Assembly (NCBI GenBank): GCA_050014495.1
Contig: JBEKDF010000005.1
Coordinates: 43,782-107,781, forward strand
Direction: 5' to 3'
DNA length: 64,000 bases
From: Candidatus Bathyarchaeia archaeon
GTDB taxonomy: Archaea; Thermoproteota; Bathyarchaeia; TCS64
Notes under the pieces: model-generated
Seen by the model: the letters and a program-made list of their open reading frames with translations, nothing else
What the model was told of the DNA's origin: nothing
The model's database searches: none
Translations under genes and position numbers: made by a program
Part shown: positions 28,458 to 38,820 of the stretch, piece by piece
How positions within the stretch are numbered: position 1 is the stretch's first letter
Layout of the letters: every line of letters begins with the position of its first letter

Positions 28458-28730
28458 ATGCCCGAGGGGAAGAAGCCTATGAAGATTACTATCGAGGAGG
28501 CTTTTCGAAGAATTCGTCCACTCTTCATAATGATGATGATGTTCCCCCTCTTCGGCCTCGTCGCCACGATGATTCTGCTCTACGTTTTGAAGGTTAAGAA
28601 TCTCCTGCTCATCGAAGGGCTCGTCCTCTTTGCGATGCTAATCTACGTCTCCACGACATATCTCGTAGCTAGGAAGATGAGTCAAATAGGGCAGAGGGCA
28701 AAGCCAGAGGAGCCTGGGAAGGAACCCTAG
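28458..28730 (+). CDS. Small two-helix membrane protein
   Basis: Two hydrophobic stretches with charged ends; fills the tfb-atpI gap. Confidence 0.65.
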   Translation: MPEGKKPMKITIEEAFRRIRPLFIMMMMFPLFGLVATMILLYVLKVKNLLLIEGLVLFAMLIYVSTTYLVARKMSQIGQRAKPEEPGKEP

Positions 28731-28809
28731 AGGCGTTCCCCCTTCGGTACAAGTTCATTTTTGAGCCCTAAAGTTTTTAATGGGACGAACCGCATTAAAG
28801 TGAGTCGCC

Positions 28810-30978
28810 TTGATGAAAAAAGTCACGATCATCACCTTCCCGGAGTACGAGAGCCTGGTTCTCGACTCCCTCGGCGCGGCGGGGGTGACCCAGCTCAAGG
28901 AGGTCACAGGGCCCGACTACGACGATTATCGAAAGGAAGCCAAAGGCCCCGATTATAAGACACTTTTCGGCGAGATCGAGCCACGCTACAGGGAGCTCCA
29001 AAAACTCATCAACTTCAAGATCGACCGCACTATCCCAAGTCTGGAAGTACTACGTGACTACGCCAGGAACCCCGATGTTAAGGCGAAAGCTACTATTCAA
29101 CAACTAGACAGGCTTCTAGCGCAGCTGAAAGGCCCTAGGGAGGCCCAAACAATCGAAGTAGAGAGGATCACCAAGGAGCTAGACGAGAGGATCAGCAAGG
29201 GAAGTGCACTCTACCACGAGAAGAAGCGTAGTCTCCTCGACCAATACGCCCGCTGGAACATCAAAATAGAACTCATGAAGGCTCTGGGCTCAGACGATAT
29301 CAAGGGAAGCCTAGGATACGGAGTAGCAAACACAGAGTTCCTCAAGCGGCTGGAGCAACATCTGGCGAAGCAACCAGAGGTAAAAATCAAGGTGACGAGC
29401 ATCTCTCCCTCCGATAGCTTCATAGAAGTAAATGGGCCGCAGGAACTCGAAAAGTGGGTCCGCGATCTATTCATGGTGTTCGATGTCACCGACATAACTG
29501 TAATCCTTGGTGCAGAAGCGAAGACTATCATAGACCCAACAAAGAGGAGCAAGGAGCTTGACAAGTTCCAGAAAGAGATGACGGACTGGGTCGAGGGAAT
29601 ACAAGCCAGGGGATCTTCCTTTGAAGAGAAGATGTCCTCCTTGGAGACAGAGCACCAGGAGTCGATTAAGCTCCTCGAGGATGAGAAGACTGAGAAGCTC
29701 ACAGCATCGACTCAGCAGTGGACAGAGCGCGCAACAAAAGTCGAGGCTGAAGTCAAGGAGAAGGATATGAAAGCGCTGAGCGAGATCGCTTTCAACTACA
29801 ACCTTCTCCGACTAGGCGCAGACGATCGTGCACCGGTAATGAGGACGAAGGTCTTCAGCATCATGCAAGGCTGGACCCCAGAGGATAACGTGGGAGAGTT
29901 CAAGACCGCCCTCACAGATGTCGAGGCTAAAATCGGTGAGAAGATAATCGTCGATGTTGAGGATGTCGAACCTGGGACGAAGGGAGTACCGACACCAACA
30001 CCCAATATGAGACCAAAGATCCTATTACCAACTTGGAAGCTCACGACGCTTCGCGGTTGGCCAACGAACACCGAGTTTAACCCTGCTTACATCAGTGTAA
30101 TTGTCTTCGCATTCCAGTTTGGCTTAATGTATGGGGACGTAGGTCAAGGGCTAATCATCCTCATACTCGGATTCGTATTTACAAGTAAGTTCAAGCGTGG
30201 GATGCTGAAGTACCTTGGTGGCCTCTTCATCCCTATGGGCATAGCCGCCACGATATTCGGCTTCCTGTATGGCTCCTTTTTCCTCAACGAATCTCTTCTC
30301 CGGCAATTCTATGTGCCTATTATGCCCAACCCAATTCACCAGACGACGAAGTTGCTCTTACTCGTCTTCGAGATAGCAGCCATTGAGATTATACTAGGGT
30401 TGTGCATCGGTGCCTATAACCAGATAAAGAAAGGCAACCCTGTGGGCGCACTTGGAGAGCATGGTCTAGGCATGATACTCTACGTCGGGGGCCTCTATAT
30501 GACGGCTATATACTTCATATCGATTAAGATGAACTTCATGAAGGCTCTCAGCTATCCCGGCTTCTACGTGATGATTCTCGGGATGGTCCTGAGCTTCGCG
30601 GAGCCCGTCATTCACAGCATCCAACATGGTCATGGGGTTGGGATGGAGAGCATTGGTGAAGGCGTCGGGGGTCTATTGATGACCTTCGTCGAGGGACTCG
30701 CAAACTTGTTCAGCTATCTGCGTATAGCCGCGTTTGCTTTAGCGCATGCGAGCCTAGCGATAGCCGCTGATGCGCTTAATGCTGCCTTGCCTCTACCCAT
30801 TCCAATCCCAATCGGCCTCATAATCATGAACGTCGTCGCCCTCAGCTTCGAGCTTATATCCAGTACAGTTCAGAGCCTCAGGCTGCTATACTACGAGTTC
30901 ATGGGTAAGTTCTTCGACGGGCAGGGGCTCCCCTTCAAGCCTTTTACGGTACCGAAAGACAAGCGAATCACTGAGTAG
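28810..30978 (+). CDS. atpI: A/V-type ATPase subunit I (a)
   Basis: Coiled-coil N-terminus, GWTP, FGLMYGDVGQG, SYLRIAAFALAH, QSLRLLYYEF..KFF. Confidence 0.92.
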   Translation: MMKKVTIITFPEYESLVLDSLGAAGVTQLKEVTGPDYDDYRKEAKGPDYKTLFGEIEPRYRELQKLINFKIDRTIPSLEVLRDYARNPDVKAKATIQQLDRLLAQLKGPREAQTIEVERITKELDERISKGSALYHEKKRSLLDQYARWNIKIELMKALGSDDIKGSLGYGVANTEFLKRLEQHLAKQPEVKIKVTSISPSDSFIEVNGPQELEKWVRDLFMVFDVTDITVILGAEAKTIIDPTKRSKELDKFQKEMTDWVEGIQARGSSFEEKMSSLETEHQESIKLLEDEKTEKLTASTQQWTERATKVEAEVKEKDMKALSEIAFNYNLLRLGADDRAPVMRTKVFSIMQGWTPEDNVGEFKTALTDVEAKIGEKIIVDVEDVEPGTKGVPTPTPNMRPKILLPTWKLTTLRGWPTNTEFNPAYISVIVFAFQFGLMYGDVGQGLIILILGFVFTSKFKRGMLKYLGGLFIPMGIAATIFGFLYGSFFLNESLLRQFYVPIMPNPIHQTTKLLLLVFEIAAIEIILGLCIGAYNQIKKGNPVGALGEHGLGMILYVGGLYMTAIYFISIKMNFMKALSYPGFYVMILGMVLSFAEPVIHSIQHGHGVGMESIGEGVGGLLMTFVEGLANLFSYLRIAAFALAHASLAIAADALNAALPLPIPIPIGLIIMNVVALSFELISSTVQSLRLLYYEFMGKFFDGQGLPFKPFTVPKDKRITE

Positions 30979-31091
30979 CCCCCTCTAGAAAAAGGTTATA
31001 AACGAACCAGATGACGTATAGGAGAAAAAGGTGGAATATCGAATGATATACTCTGAGACTGCCCACCAATTGAGTGAGGGGAGGCTCGAAG

Positions 31092-31523
31092 ATGAGTGTT
31101 GATTTTCTCCCAGCGGCTATAGTCGTAGGCGCAAGTGTCATAGGTGCGGCCTACATAATGTCCCAAGGAGCGATCGTTGGGGCATCAGCCGAAGTGGAGA
31201 AGAAGAGCACCGTCTGGGGAGCAGCCCTGAACGCGTTCGGTGGCTTTATGATCGTTTTGAGCGTACTCTTTACGATCATTATAATTGCTGGAGGTGATAC
31301 TGGAGTGATACCTGATACTGCATGGCCCCTCCTGACTGGAGCTTTGACGATGATCGGAGCCGGCTTCGCCGCTGCTCTCTGTATCATGGTCGCTGCGAAG
31401 GCGGGTTCCGAGATGCTGAGCGAGAAGCCAGAGCTTTCGATTTGGGCTCTGCTCTTCATCGCTCTCGGTGAGGGTCTCGCTATCTACGGTTTGATCGTCA
31501 CCATCCTGATGGTGAATAAGTAA
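31092..31523 (+). CDS. atpK: A/V-type ATPase subunit K (c), duplicated hairpin with one carboxylate
   Basis: EKPEL..ALGEGLAIYGL in the second hairpin; first hairpin has AFGG; GGAGG upstream of ATG 31092. Confidence 0.88.
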   Translation: MSVDFLPAAIVVGASVIGAAYIMSQGAIVGASAEVEKKSTVWGAALNAFGGFMIVLSVLFTIIIIAGGDTGVIPDTAWPLLTGALTMIGAGFAAALCIMVAAKAGSEMLSEKPELSIWALLFIALGEGLAIYGLIVTILMVNK

Positions 31524-31528
31524 ACCGT

Positions 31529-31564
31529 AGGGCGGGACACCCCGACCCTCTCCCTTCTCTTATT
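31529..31564 (+). terminator. Putative hairpin plus pyrimidine tract after atpK
   Basis: AGGGCGGG-ACAC-CCCGACCCT followed by CTCCCTTCTCTTATT. Confidence 0.4.
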
Positions 31565-31695
31565 AAAAATTCTTCAAGAAGCAAAAAGCATCATTTTACA
31601 TGCATTATTCGTGTTAATCTTGCTGGGAAACCCTTTTAATATTTACACTATTATTTATACCAAGGGCTTTTAGCCTAATCATGGAAGGTTAACGC

Positions 31696-31947
31696 ATGAA
31701 GTTCAAAGCCTTCGTCTACGTCACCCTCAAGGCCGGGTACAGTGATCCGGAGGGGGAGACGACGGCCCACGCTCTGAGGGGGCTGGGCTACACTGTGGAT
31801 GATGTCCGATCAAGCAAGGCCTATGAAGTCAGTTTCGAGGCAGCTGATCGGGCGAGGGCAGAGGAACTGCTAGATGAGATGTGCCGACGCCTACTCACGA
31901 ACCCGACAAAGGACGATTATCGCTTCGAAATAAGTGAGAAGAGATGA
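31696..31947 (+). CDS. purS: FGAM synthase subunit PurS
   Basis: LK...DPEG, LLTNP. Confidence 0.93.
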   Translation: MKFKAFVYVTLKAGYSDPEGETTAHALRGLGYTVDDVRSSKAYEVSFEAADRARAEELLDEMCRRLLTNPTKDDYRFEISEKR

Positions 31948-34316
31948 GTAGAATCAAGAAGAGTCCGCTCTCATTCGAGCACTTTGAGATCGACCTCCTC
32001 AACGCAGGGGACGCTGAGCTTTCGGATATCGGGAAGGCCCTCGGCCTCGGCCTAAGCATCACTGAGCTCCAGTACATCAGGGACCACTACCTCATCAGGG
32101 AGCGGAAGGCGACCGATGTAGAACTCCAGACATACGATCAGACTTTCAGCGAACACTGCAGCCACAAGACCTTCAGGGGTTTCGTCGAAACGCGGGATGG
32201 AAGGGTCGATGGCCTTCTTAAGACATATATCAGGAGCGTCGTGGAGGAGCTAAAGCCATCTTGGTGTTACAGCGTGTTTGAGGACAACGCTGGGATAGTG
32301 GATCTCGAGAGAGACTACAAGGTCGCTATCAAGGTGGAGACCCATAACCATCCCTCAGCGATCGAGCCATTCGGTGGGGCCGCTACGGGCCTCGGTGGTG
32401 TCATCAGGGACATCCTCGGTGTCTGGGCTGATCCCATAGCCTGCACAGATGTTCTCTGCTTCGGTCCGCTAAACTATCCTTGGGAGAAACTCCCCGAAGG
32501 CATAATGCATCCATCCTACCTGTTCAACGGCGTTGTGGACGGCATTGGAAGCTACGGTAACAGTATGGGTATACCGACCGTCAATGGCGCAACTATCTTC
32601 GCGGATGAGTATACGGGCAACGTCGTGGTCTACGCTGGATGCATAGGCGTGTTGAAGGAGAGTCAATACCTCAGGGAGGCGAAGCCAGGTGACTATTGCC
32701 TCCTCGCTGGGGGTAGGACTGGTCTCGATGGCATACATGGTGTTACATTCGCCTCAGCAGAGCTGACTAAAGAGTCGGAGCAGGTTTCACGACCCGCTGT
32801 TCAGATAGCCAACCCGATTGAGGAGGAGAAGCTCAAACGTGCTATCCAGCAGATTAGCGAGCAGATGCTCGGATCCGCAATAACCGACATCGGGGGTGGA
32901 GGGCTGAGTTGCGGAGTATGTGAAACCGCTGATAAATATGACCTCGGAATCGATGTCGACCTCGATAAGATCCCCTTGAAGGCGGTGAATATGGCGCCTT
33001 GGGAGATATGGATCTCTGAGAGCCAGGAGAGGATGCTGCTGGTTGTTCCCCCGAAGAACCTGGAGCGCGTCCTCAAGATTTTCAGGGACGAGCAGACCGA
33101 GGCGAACGCTATCGGCCGCTACAACGACTCGGGGGTCGCGAGACTTACTTATAAGGGGGTCCTCGTAGCCAACATCGACCTGAAATCCCTCTTTAATCCG
33201 CCGAAAACGACGCGGATCGCGACTTGGTCAGACCCGAAGCTTATGGAGCCCGTCTTCGAGCAGCCGAGGGACCTCGGCGCGATCCTTCTCAAGCTACTCG
33301 CAAGCTATAATGTTGCCAGTAAGGAAAAGGTCGTGCGTAGGTACGATCAAGAGGTCAAGGGGCAAACTGTGATCAAGCCCATGCAGGGTTGGAACTCTGG
33401 ACCAAGCGATGGCGCTGTTGTGAAGCCTCTTGTCGATTCGATGATCGGGGTCTCCGTCTCATCCGGGATCAACCCAAGGTACGGGAGAATAAGCCCGTAC
33501 TGGATGGCAGCGAGCGTAATAGATGAAGCCATCAGGAACAACGTGGCGATTGGCGGACGGAGGATCGCCCTTCTTGACAACTTCACCTGGGGGAGCCCCG
33601 AGTATCCTGACAGGATCGGAAGCCTCGTGGAGGCATGCAAGGCCTGCCGAGACTTCGGAGTCGCATATGGGACCCCCTTCATCTCTGGAAAGGACAGCCT
33701 GTTCAACGAGTCTCCCCTGGGGCCGATCGTACCAACGCTGCTAGTCACTGCACTTGGGATTGTGCCCAGTGTCGGTGGCGCTATCACCATGGACCTGAAG
33801 GAGGTAGGAAACCGCCTCTATATTGTCGGAGAGACGTCCTTAGAGCTGGGGGGTTCTGAATACTATTACTTGTTGGGTCAGTTAGGGGCCTCAGTACCGA
33901 AACTAGACGCGTCGAGGGCCTCTATAGCCTATAAGCGGCTCACTGCCGCGATGGATGCAGGCTATGTTAAGAGTTGTCATGATGTGTCCGAAGGAGGACT
34001 GGCAGTCGCCCTTGCGGAGATGGCCTTTACTGGAGGTCTCGGGCTGGATGTGGATGTCCTCAAGGTGCCGGTCACGGGTGAGATGAGGGATGATCATCTG
34101 CTCTTTAGCGAGTCTAATGGGCGACTTCTTGTGGAGGTGTCCGTGAGCGACACGGCTAGGTTTGAAGAGCTGATGAGGGGCTCCACAGTGGCACGAATCG
34201 GTTCAGTAATCAAGAAGACACATCTCATCGTCAAGAAAGGTGACCGCATTTTATTCGATCTAGATAACAGTGAGACTATTGGGGCGTGGAAGACGCCCCT
34301 GGAGGCTCGACGATGA
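31944..34316 (+). CDS. purL: FGAM synthase subunit PurL
   Basis: SEHCSHK, KVETHNHPS, DIGGGG, SESQER, ISGKDS, LFSES. Confidence 0.95.
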   Translation: MSRIKKSPLSFEHFEIDLLNAGDAELSDIGKALGLGLSITELQYIRDHYLIRERKATDVELQTYDQTFSEHCSHKTFRGFVETRDGRVDGLLKTYIRSVVEELKPSWCYSVFEDNAGIVDLERDYKVAIKVETHNHPSAIEPFGGAATGLGGVIRDILGVWADPIACTDVLCFGPLNYPWEKLPEGIMHPSYLFNGVVDGIGSYGNSMGIPTVNGATIFADEYTGNVVVYAGCIGVLKESQYLREAKPGDYCLLAGGRTGLDGIHGVTFASAELTKESEQVSRPAVQIANPIEEEKLKRAIQQISEQMLGSAITDIGGGGLSCGVCETADKYDLGIDVDLDKIPLKAVNMAPWEIWISESQERMLLVVPPKNLERVLKIFRDEQTEANAIGRYNDSGVARLTYKGVLVANIDLKSLFNPPKTTRIATWSDPKLMEPVFEQPRDLGAILLKLLASYNVASKEKVVRRYDQEVKGQTVIKPMQGWNSGPSDGAVVKPLVDSMIGVSVSSGINPRYGRISPYWMAASVIDEAIRNNVAIGGRRIALLDNFTWGSPEYPDRIGSLVEACKACRDFGVAYGTPFISGKDSLFNESPLGPIVPTLLVTALGIVPSVGGAITMDLKEVGNRLYIVGETSLELGGSEYYYLLGQLGASVPKLDASRASIAYKRLTAAMDAGYVKSCHDVSEGGLAVALAEMAFTGGLGLDVDVLKVPVTGEMRDDHLLFSESNGRLLVEVSVSDTARFEELMRGSTVARIGSVIKKTHLIVKKGDRILFDLDNSETIGAWKTPLEARR

Positions 34317-35125
34317 GACGCGAGGACATCAGGGTCCTGCTCATGCGGGCTCCGGGTACAAACTGCGACCTGGAGACGTTGCGAGCCTTCAGGGACCTAG
34401 GCGTACAAGCTGAGCTCCGTCATACGCAGGACGTCTTTAAGACTAAGGACCTCCTAAACTATAACATCCTCGTCTTCCCCGGAGGCTTCAGCTACGGTGA
34501 CTATGTACGGAGCGGGGCAATCTGGGCTAAGGAGTGTGAGTATAGGCTTGGCCCCGAGCTAGAGAGGTTCGTGGACGACGGGCGACCAGTGTTGGGTATC
34601 TGCAATGGGTTCCAGCAGCTTGTGGAACTCGGCTTCCTACCTGGCTTCGAGGGGAAATCAAAGTATCCCCAAGCTGCGCTTGCGAACAGCAGTCACGGGT
34701 ACCAAAACCGCTGGATCAGGATGAAGTACGTTGGGCGTGGGAAATGCGGGATGATGGAGTACCTAGAGGCTGGCCACGTCCTCTCGTGCCCTGTAGCGCA
34801 CGGTGAGGGGCGATTCGTCTTCCCCAAGGAGAGGGAGGAAGAGATGCTTAGAAGCCTCTACGAAAGGGACATGCTAGTGTGGCGCTACGTGAAAGGGGAT
34901 GGCTCATTCGCTGAGGAGAGCTGGCCGGAGAACCCGAACGGTGCCTTCCACGATATAGCGGGGATATGCAACCCTGAGGGAACCGTGCTCGGACTTATGC
35001 CCCACCCTGAGAGGGCTTACGATGGCTGGCTGATGCCGGAGTGGACTCGAATGGGGCTCAAGCGTTATGGGGACGGGCACCCATTCTATGAGAGTATAGT
35101 GAAGTACACAGAGAAGCGCTTCTAA
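34313..35125 (+). CDS. purQ: FGAM synthase glutaminase subunit PurQ
   Basis: PGTNC, GGFSYGD, GICNGFQ, AHGEG, MPHPER; ATGA overlap with purL. Confidence 0.95.
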   Translation: MRREDIRVLLMRAPGTNCDLETLRAFRDLGVQAELRHTQDVFKTKDLLNYNILVFPGGFSYGDYVRSGAIWAKECEYRLGPELERFVDDGRPVLGICNGFQQLVELGFLPGFEGKSKYPQAALANSSHGYQNRWIRMKYVGRGKCGMMEYLEAGHVLSCPVAHGEGRFVFPKEREEEMLRSLYERDMLVWRYVKGDGSFAEESWPENPNGAFHDIAGICNPEGTVLGLMPHPERAYDGWLMPEWTRMGLKRYGDGHPFYESIVKYTEKRF

Positions 35126-35139
35126 CTCCCTCATTTTAT

Positions 35140-35580
35140 TTAACTTTGGGCACGTTTTCGCCTATATTCTTGGAGTCGCTCTTCTAGGTGTTTGTCCGAT
35201 AGGGATAGAATTTCTATGGCTAGGAAAGCGGCGTTCTTTGCACCGTTGATTGCGACGGTGGCTACTGGGACACCAGTGGGCATTTGGACGATGCTCAGCA
35301 GGGAGTCGATGCCCCCTAGCATGACCTCCTTGGGTACCCCGATGACGGGTTTGATGGTCTGAGCTGCGACGATGCCTGGGAGGGCTGCAGCTAGGCCGGC
35401 TATGCATATGAAGACCTGCGCGTCCGTGGCCTCAATGTACTGTGTGAGGGCCTTGAGGTTTCTATGGGCGGAGAGAGTTTTCTGTTCGTGGTCTATCCCG
35501 AACTCTCTGAGGATTGTGGAAGCGGCTTCACTTAGTTCCTTGTCGGAGTCGCTACCGACTATGATGGCGACCTTTGGCAT
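35140..35580 (-). CDS. purE: N5-CAIR mutase/AIR carboxylase
   Basis: GSDSD, SAHR, AGLAAALPG, QMPTGVPVATV. Confidence 0.93.
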   Translation of the reverse strand: MPKVAIIVGSDSDKELSEAASTILREFGIDHEQKTLSAHRNLKALTQYIEATDAQVFICIAGLAAALPGIVAAQTIKPVIGVPKEVMLGGIDSLLSIVQMPTGVPVATVAINGAKNAAFLAIEILSLSDKHLEERLQEYRRKRAQS

Positions 35581-35681
35581 GGAATAGAATTGGGTGGTCC
35601 ACTTATGAAAGTAGTCCCGGATTGGCGCGTGCGCTCAGGTAACCCTTATCCCCATCCTCCTTTTCCTATGGTTCGATATCC

Positions 35682-35861
35682 GTGTTAGGAATAGTATTCT
35701 TCCCGATGGGAGTTTTCCTCGTCTTCATCGGTGCCATACTCGCCCTCGACTCCCCAATTATGAAGGAGACGTTGGATAGCGTGGAGTTCCTCCGGAAGAA
35801 TAAGCATGTAGCTGGGACATTGATGGTGATTATCGGGTTCATTGCGATGGCGCTAAGCTAA
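35682..35861 (+). CDS. Small two-helix membrane protein (59 aa, below the ORF-track cutoff)
   Basis: Read from sequence: GTG..LGIVFFPMGVFLVFIGAILAL...AGTLMVIIGFIAMALS*. Confidence 0.5.
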   Translation: MLGIVFFPMGVFLVFIGAILALDSPIMKETLDSVEFLRKNKHVAGTLMVIIGFIAMALS

Positions 35862-35915
35862 GAATGGCGAAACCATCATCTAAATGATCTGTCTCCTTGA
35901 CTATCGGAGATTTAG

Positions 35916-36245
35916 ATGATATACGAATGGAGAGTCTATGAGGCATATCCCGGTAGGATGGATGCTCTCAACGAGCGCTTCGCCAAGATCACACTCAAGT
36001 ACTTTGAGAAACATGACATCAAGGTGATCGGGTTCTGGATTGCTATCATCGGCACAAGCAACGTTCTCTATTATATGCTTGCATTCGATGACCTCGCTCA
36101 TAGGGAGACTGCGTGGAACGCCTTCTCGACGGACCCTGGATGGGTAAAGGCGCGAATCGAAACAGAGCAGAGAGCCGGAGGTCCACTCACAGAGAGGATC
36201 ACGAATATGATCCTCAAATCTACTGATTACTCCCCCATGAAGTAA
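35916..36245 (+). CDS. NIPSNAP family protein
   Basis: IYEWRVY..PG, LYYMLAF..LAHRE.AW.AF..DP.W. Confidence 0.88.
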   Translation: MIYEWRVYEAYPGRMDALNERFAKITLKYFEKHDIKVIGFWIAIIGTSNVLYYMLAFDDLAHRETAWNAFSTDPGWVKARIETEQRAGGPLTERITNMILKSTDYSPMK

Positions 36246-36267
36246 TCGCGAGTTGAGTCTTGCAAGT

Positions 36268-37719
36268 CTATAGGAGTCTGTTAGCCTCAGCTATTCGCTT
36301 GAAGACCTCTGCCGAGGGCTTTGGCGTTCTCTTCTTAGTGACAGGGTCTACGGAGCAGAGCCCAAACTTGACTCCATATCCACTAGACCATTCAAGGTTG
36401 TCCATGAGGCTCCAGTGGAAGTAGCCGCGCACCGGAACGCCATCGAGCTCCACAGCCCTTTGGATCGCGTCGAGATGCCCGATGATGTATTTCTCCCTCA
36501 TCGAGTCTGAGGCATCGGCTATACCGTTCTCCGTCACATATATGGGCCTCCGATATCGGCTATAAGCCCAGTCACAGGCCCACCTTAGCCCTTCAGGATA
36601 GTTATCGAAGCCTATGTCGCTCGGGTTCATTGGAGGGGCGAAGCTGTAGTTGAAGTGAGGGTTCCCTCCCTTTGCTTCGTACTTCACTCGTCTCCTCATG
36701 TAGTAGTTTATTCCGATCCAGTCACACCCCTTAACGAGATGTGGAAGCATCTCGTCTCCTTCGACGAGTCCATCTGCGTTCATATCGTAATCTCCTCGGA
36801 AAATGGCATTTAGACTCCATTCATTGAAGAGGTAGTCGTTGAACATCGTTGCTTTGACATCCGCATCGCTCGAAGGATCAACGGGCTCGTGGTAATGGAG
36901 GACAGCTATAATACCAATGCTCGATGGCCCAAGTGGCCCAGCTGAGGCAGTGTCCCACTTCTTCACCTGCTCATAAGCCAGACCATGTGCCATAGAGAGG
37001 TGCCTCATCGAAACCATGAACGCTCCGAAGTCGTTCAGTCCAGGAGGGAATTCGCCACTATCGAGGAACCCGTGGTCGGACACAATCTTCACTTCGTTTA
37101 TCGTACCCCAGAGATCAACTAGGTCCCCGAAGATGTGTGCTACATACGCGCAATACTTCACAAACTCAATAAGGGTCACTTCGTCGAGCCAACCCCTTTT
37201 CCCAATGGGTGCCGTGCCATCGCGTGTCATTATTGGGTCGTGCAGCCAGAGAGGTATAGGCCAATGATAGAGGGTGACCATTGGCTCCATGTCCTGCTTC
37301 CTGCACTCGATGAGGATCTGCCTATATCTTCTAATCGCCGCCTTATCTGCGAGCTTGCTGAGCTCACGCATCGTTCTCTCTTCTACATGGACCTTCTCAA
37401 TGTTCCCATACTTGTCACGGTAAACCTCGACTACTGCCCCCTCAGTGGACTTGGGAAAGATTCGAGCCCAGTCAAGGCTCATCCGAAACGCATTACATCC
37501 AAGCCTTCGTGCTAAGCCAAAGTCCTGCTTATATAGCTCCCAGAATCCTGGCCCGTTCTCGGGGAAATCGCCACTTACCCATCCCCTTCGCTTATTCTCT
37601 GCGTTGTGAACCCAAGCCCACCAATCGGACCCATTCGCCACATTCCCCCTCCCCATCTCCACTTGGAAGGAGGATGTAGCCACTCCCCACAGGAATCCCT
37701 CAGGGAAATTGCCACTCAA
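36268..37719 (-). CDS. Glycoside hydrolase family 1 (beta-glycosidase)
   Basis: FPEGFLWG, WARIFP, TINE acid/base, VTENG nucleophile, WSLMDNLEW. Confidence 0.93.
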   Translation of the reverse strand: MSGNFPEGFLWGVATSSFQVEMGRGNVANGSDWWAWVHNAENKRRGWVSGDFPENGPGFWELYKQDFGLARRLGCNAFRMSLDWARIFPKSTEGAVVEVYRDKYGNIEKVHVEERTMRELSKLADKAAIRRYRQILIECRKQDMEPMVTLYHWPIPLWLHDPIMTRDGTAPIGKRGWLDEVTLIEFVKYCAYVAHIFGDLVDLWGTINEVKIVSDHGFLDSGEFPPGLNDFGAFMVSMRHLSMAHGLAYEQVKKWDTASAGPLGPSSIGIIAVLHYHEPVDPSSDADVKATMFNDYLFNEWSLNAIFRGDYDMNADGLVEGDEMLPHLVKGCDWIGINYYMRRRVKYEAKGGNPHFNYSFAPPMNPSDIGFDNYPEGLRWACDWAYSRYRRPIYVTENGIADASDSMREKYIIGHLDAIQRAVELDGVPVRGYFHWSLMDNLEWSSGYGVKFGLCSVDPVTKKRTPKPSAEVFKRIAEANRLL

Positions 37720-37840
37720 AACACATCGATTAACGCTTCACCGAGGCCCCATATAACACCTGAGCCTCACTTCTCCTCCATCACACTTTATTCTGGGGAT
37801 ACTGATCAATGTTTTATCCGCCTATAACCCGTCCAATAGT

Positions 37841-38770
37841 ATGCCTGAATTCGGAGTTACTCACGAGTCTGCTGAACTGAAAAGAGTCCTTGTCCACCAC
37901 CCGGGCAGGGAGCTCGAACTCGCCAACAGGGATCCAGTTGCCCACCACTTCGACTGCGCTGTCGATATAGAACAGTTTCAGAGAGACCATCGAATGCTCA
38001 TGGACGCCCTAACTGAGGCTGGAGTCGAGGTTCTCGACGTTGGTACCCTCCTAGCCGGAGACAAACAGATGCAAGGCCTCATTCAACACGCACCTAACCT
38101 AGTCTTCACACGCGACTCAAGTACCGTCACAGAGGCGGGTGCCATCCTCTTTCGGATGGGACTCCCCAGCAGACGGTCGGAGACGCCCATTATCAGGGCT
38201 GCCCACGAGGCTGCAGGTACACCAATTGCCCACCAGTTAAAGGATCCCGAATCATTCGAGGGAGGTGGCTTTGCCCTCCTTGAGGGGCGGGTCGCTGTCG
38301 CTGGACTCTGCGATCGTGCAACTCAGGGTGCTCTCAATGACCTAGGCGACTTCGTCCTTAAGGAACAGATCGTGGACCAATTCATCCAACTTAATATGCC
38401 CAAAGGCTATGTTCATATAGATGGCGAGTTTGCGGAGCTACCCGGAAAACGCGCCATCGTTCACCGAATTTCCCTTGAGGAGAATCCCGCCTCATTTCGC
38501 ACACGAACTGAGGCTTGGGACGGCAGCTTCCTCGAGTGGCTTATAGACGATGACTACGACATCATAGAGATTACTGACAAGGAGTGTAATGATATGGCAG
38601 CTAATTTCCTTACCGTCCATAGTGACCTCTGCATACATTATACTGGGAACCTACGTGTTATGCAGGAGGTCAGAGAGCGGGGTATCGAGGTTGTTCAGAT
38701 ACCCGGAGACGAAATGCGAAGGGGTTGTGGCGGCATACACTGCATGACATGTCCGGTCCTAAGAGTTTAG
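37841..38770 (+). CDS. Arginine deiminase/amidinotransferase (pentein) family protein
   Basis: LKRVLVH.PG.E, FTRD, EGG, HID, GGIHCMT. Confidence 0.85.
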   Translation: MPEFGVTHESAELKRVLVHHPGRELELANRDPVAHHFDCAVDIEQFQRDHRMLMDALTEAGVEVLDVGTLLAGDKQMQGLIQHAPNLVFTRDSSTVTEAGAILFRMGLPSRRSETPIIRAAHEAAGTPIAHQLKDPESFEGGGFALLEGRVAVAGLCDRATQGALNDLGDFVLKEQIVDQFIQLNMPKGYVHIDGEFAELPGKRAIVHRISLEENPASFRTRTEAWDGSFLEWLIDDDYDIIEITDKECNDMAANFLTVHSDLCIHYTGNLRVMQEVRERGIEVVQIPGDEMRRGCGGIHCMTCPVLRV

Positions 38771-38820
38771 ATCTATTTGTTTTCAAGATAGGGAACACTA
38801 ATCCAATTACTTTCTTGAGT

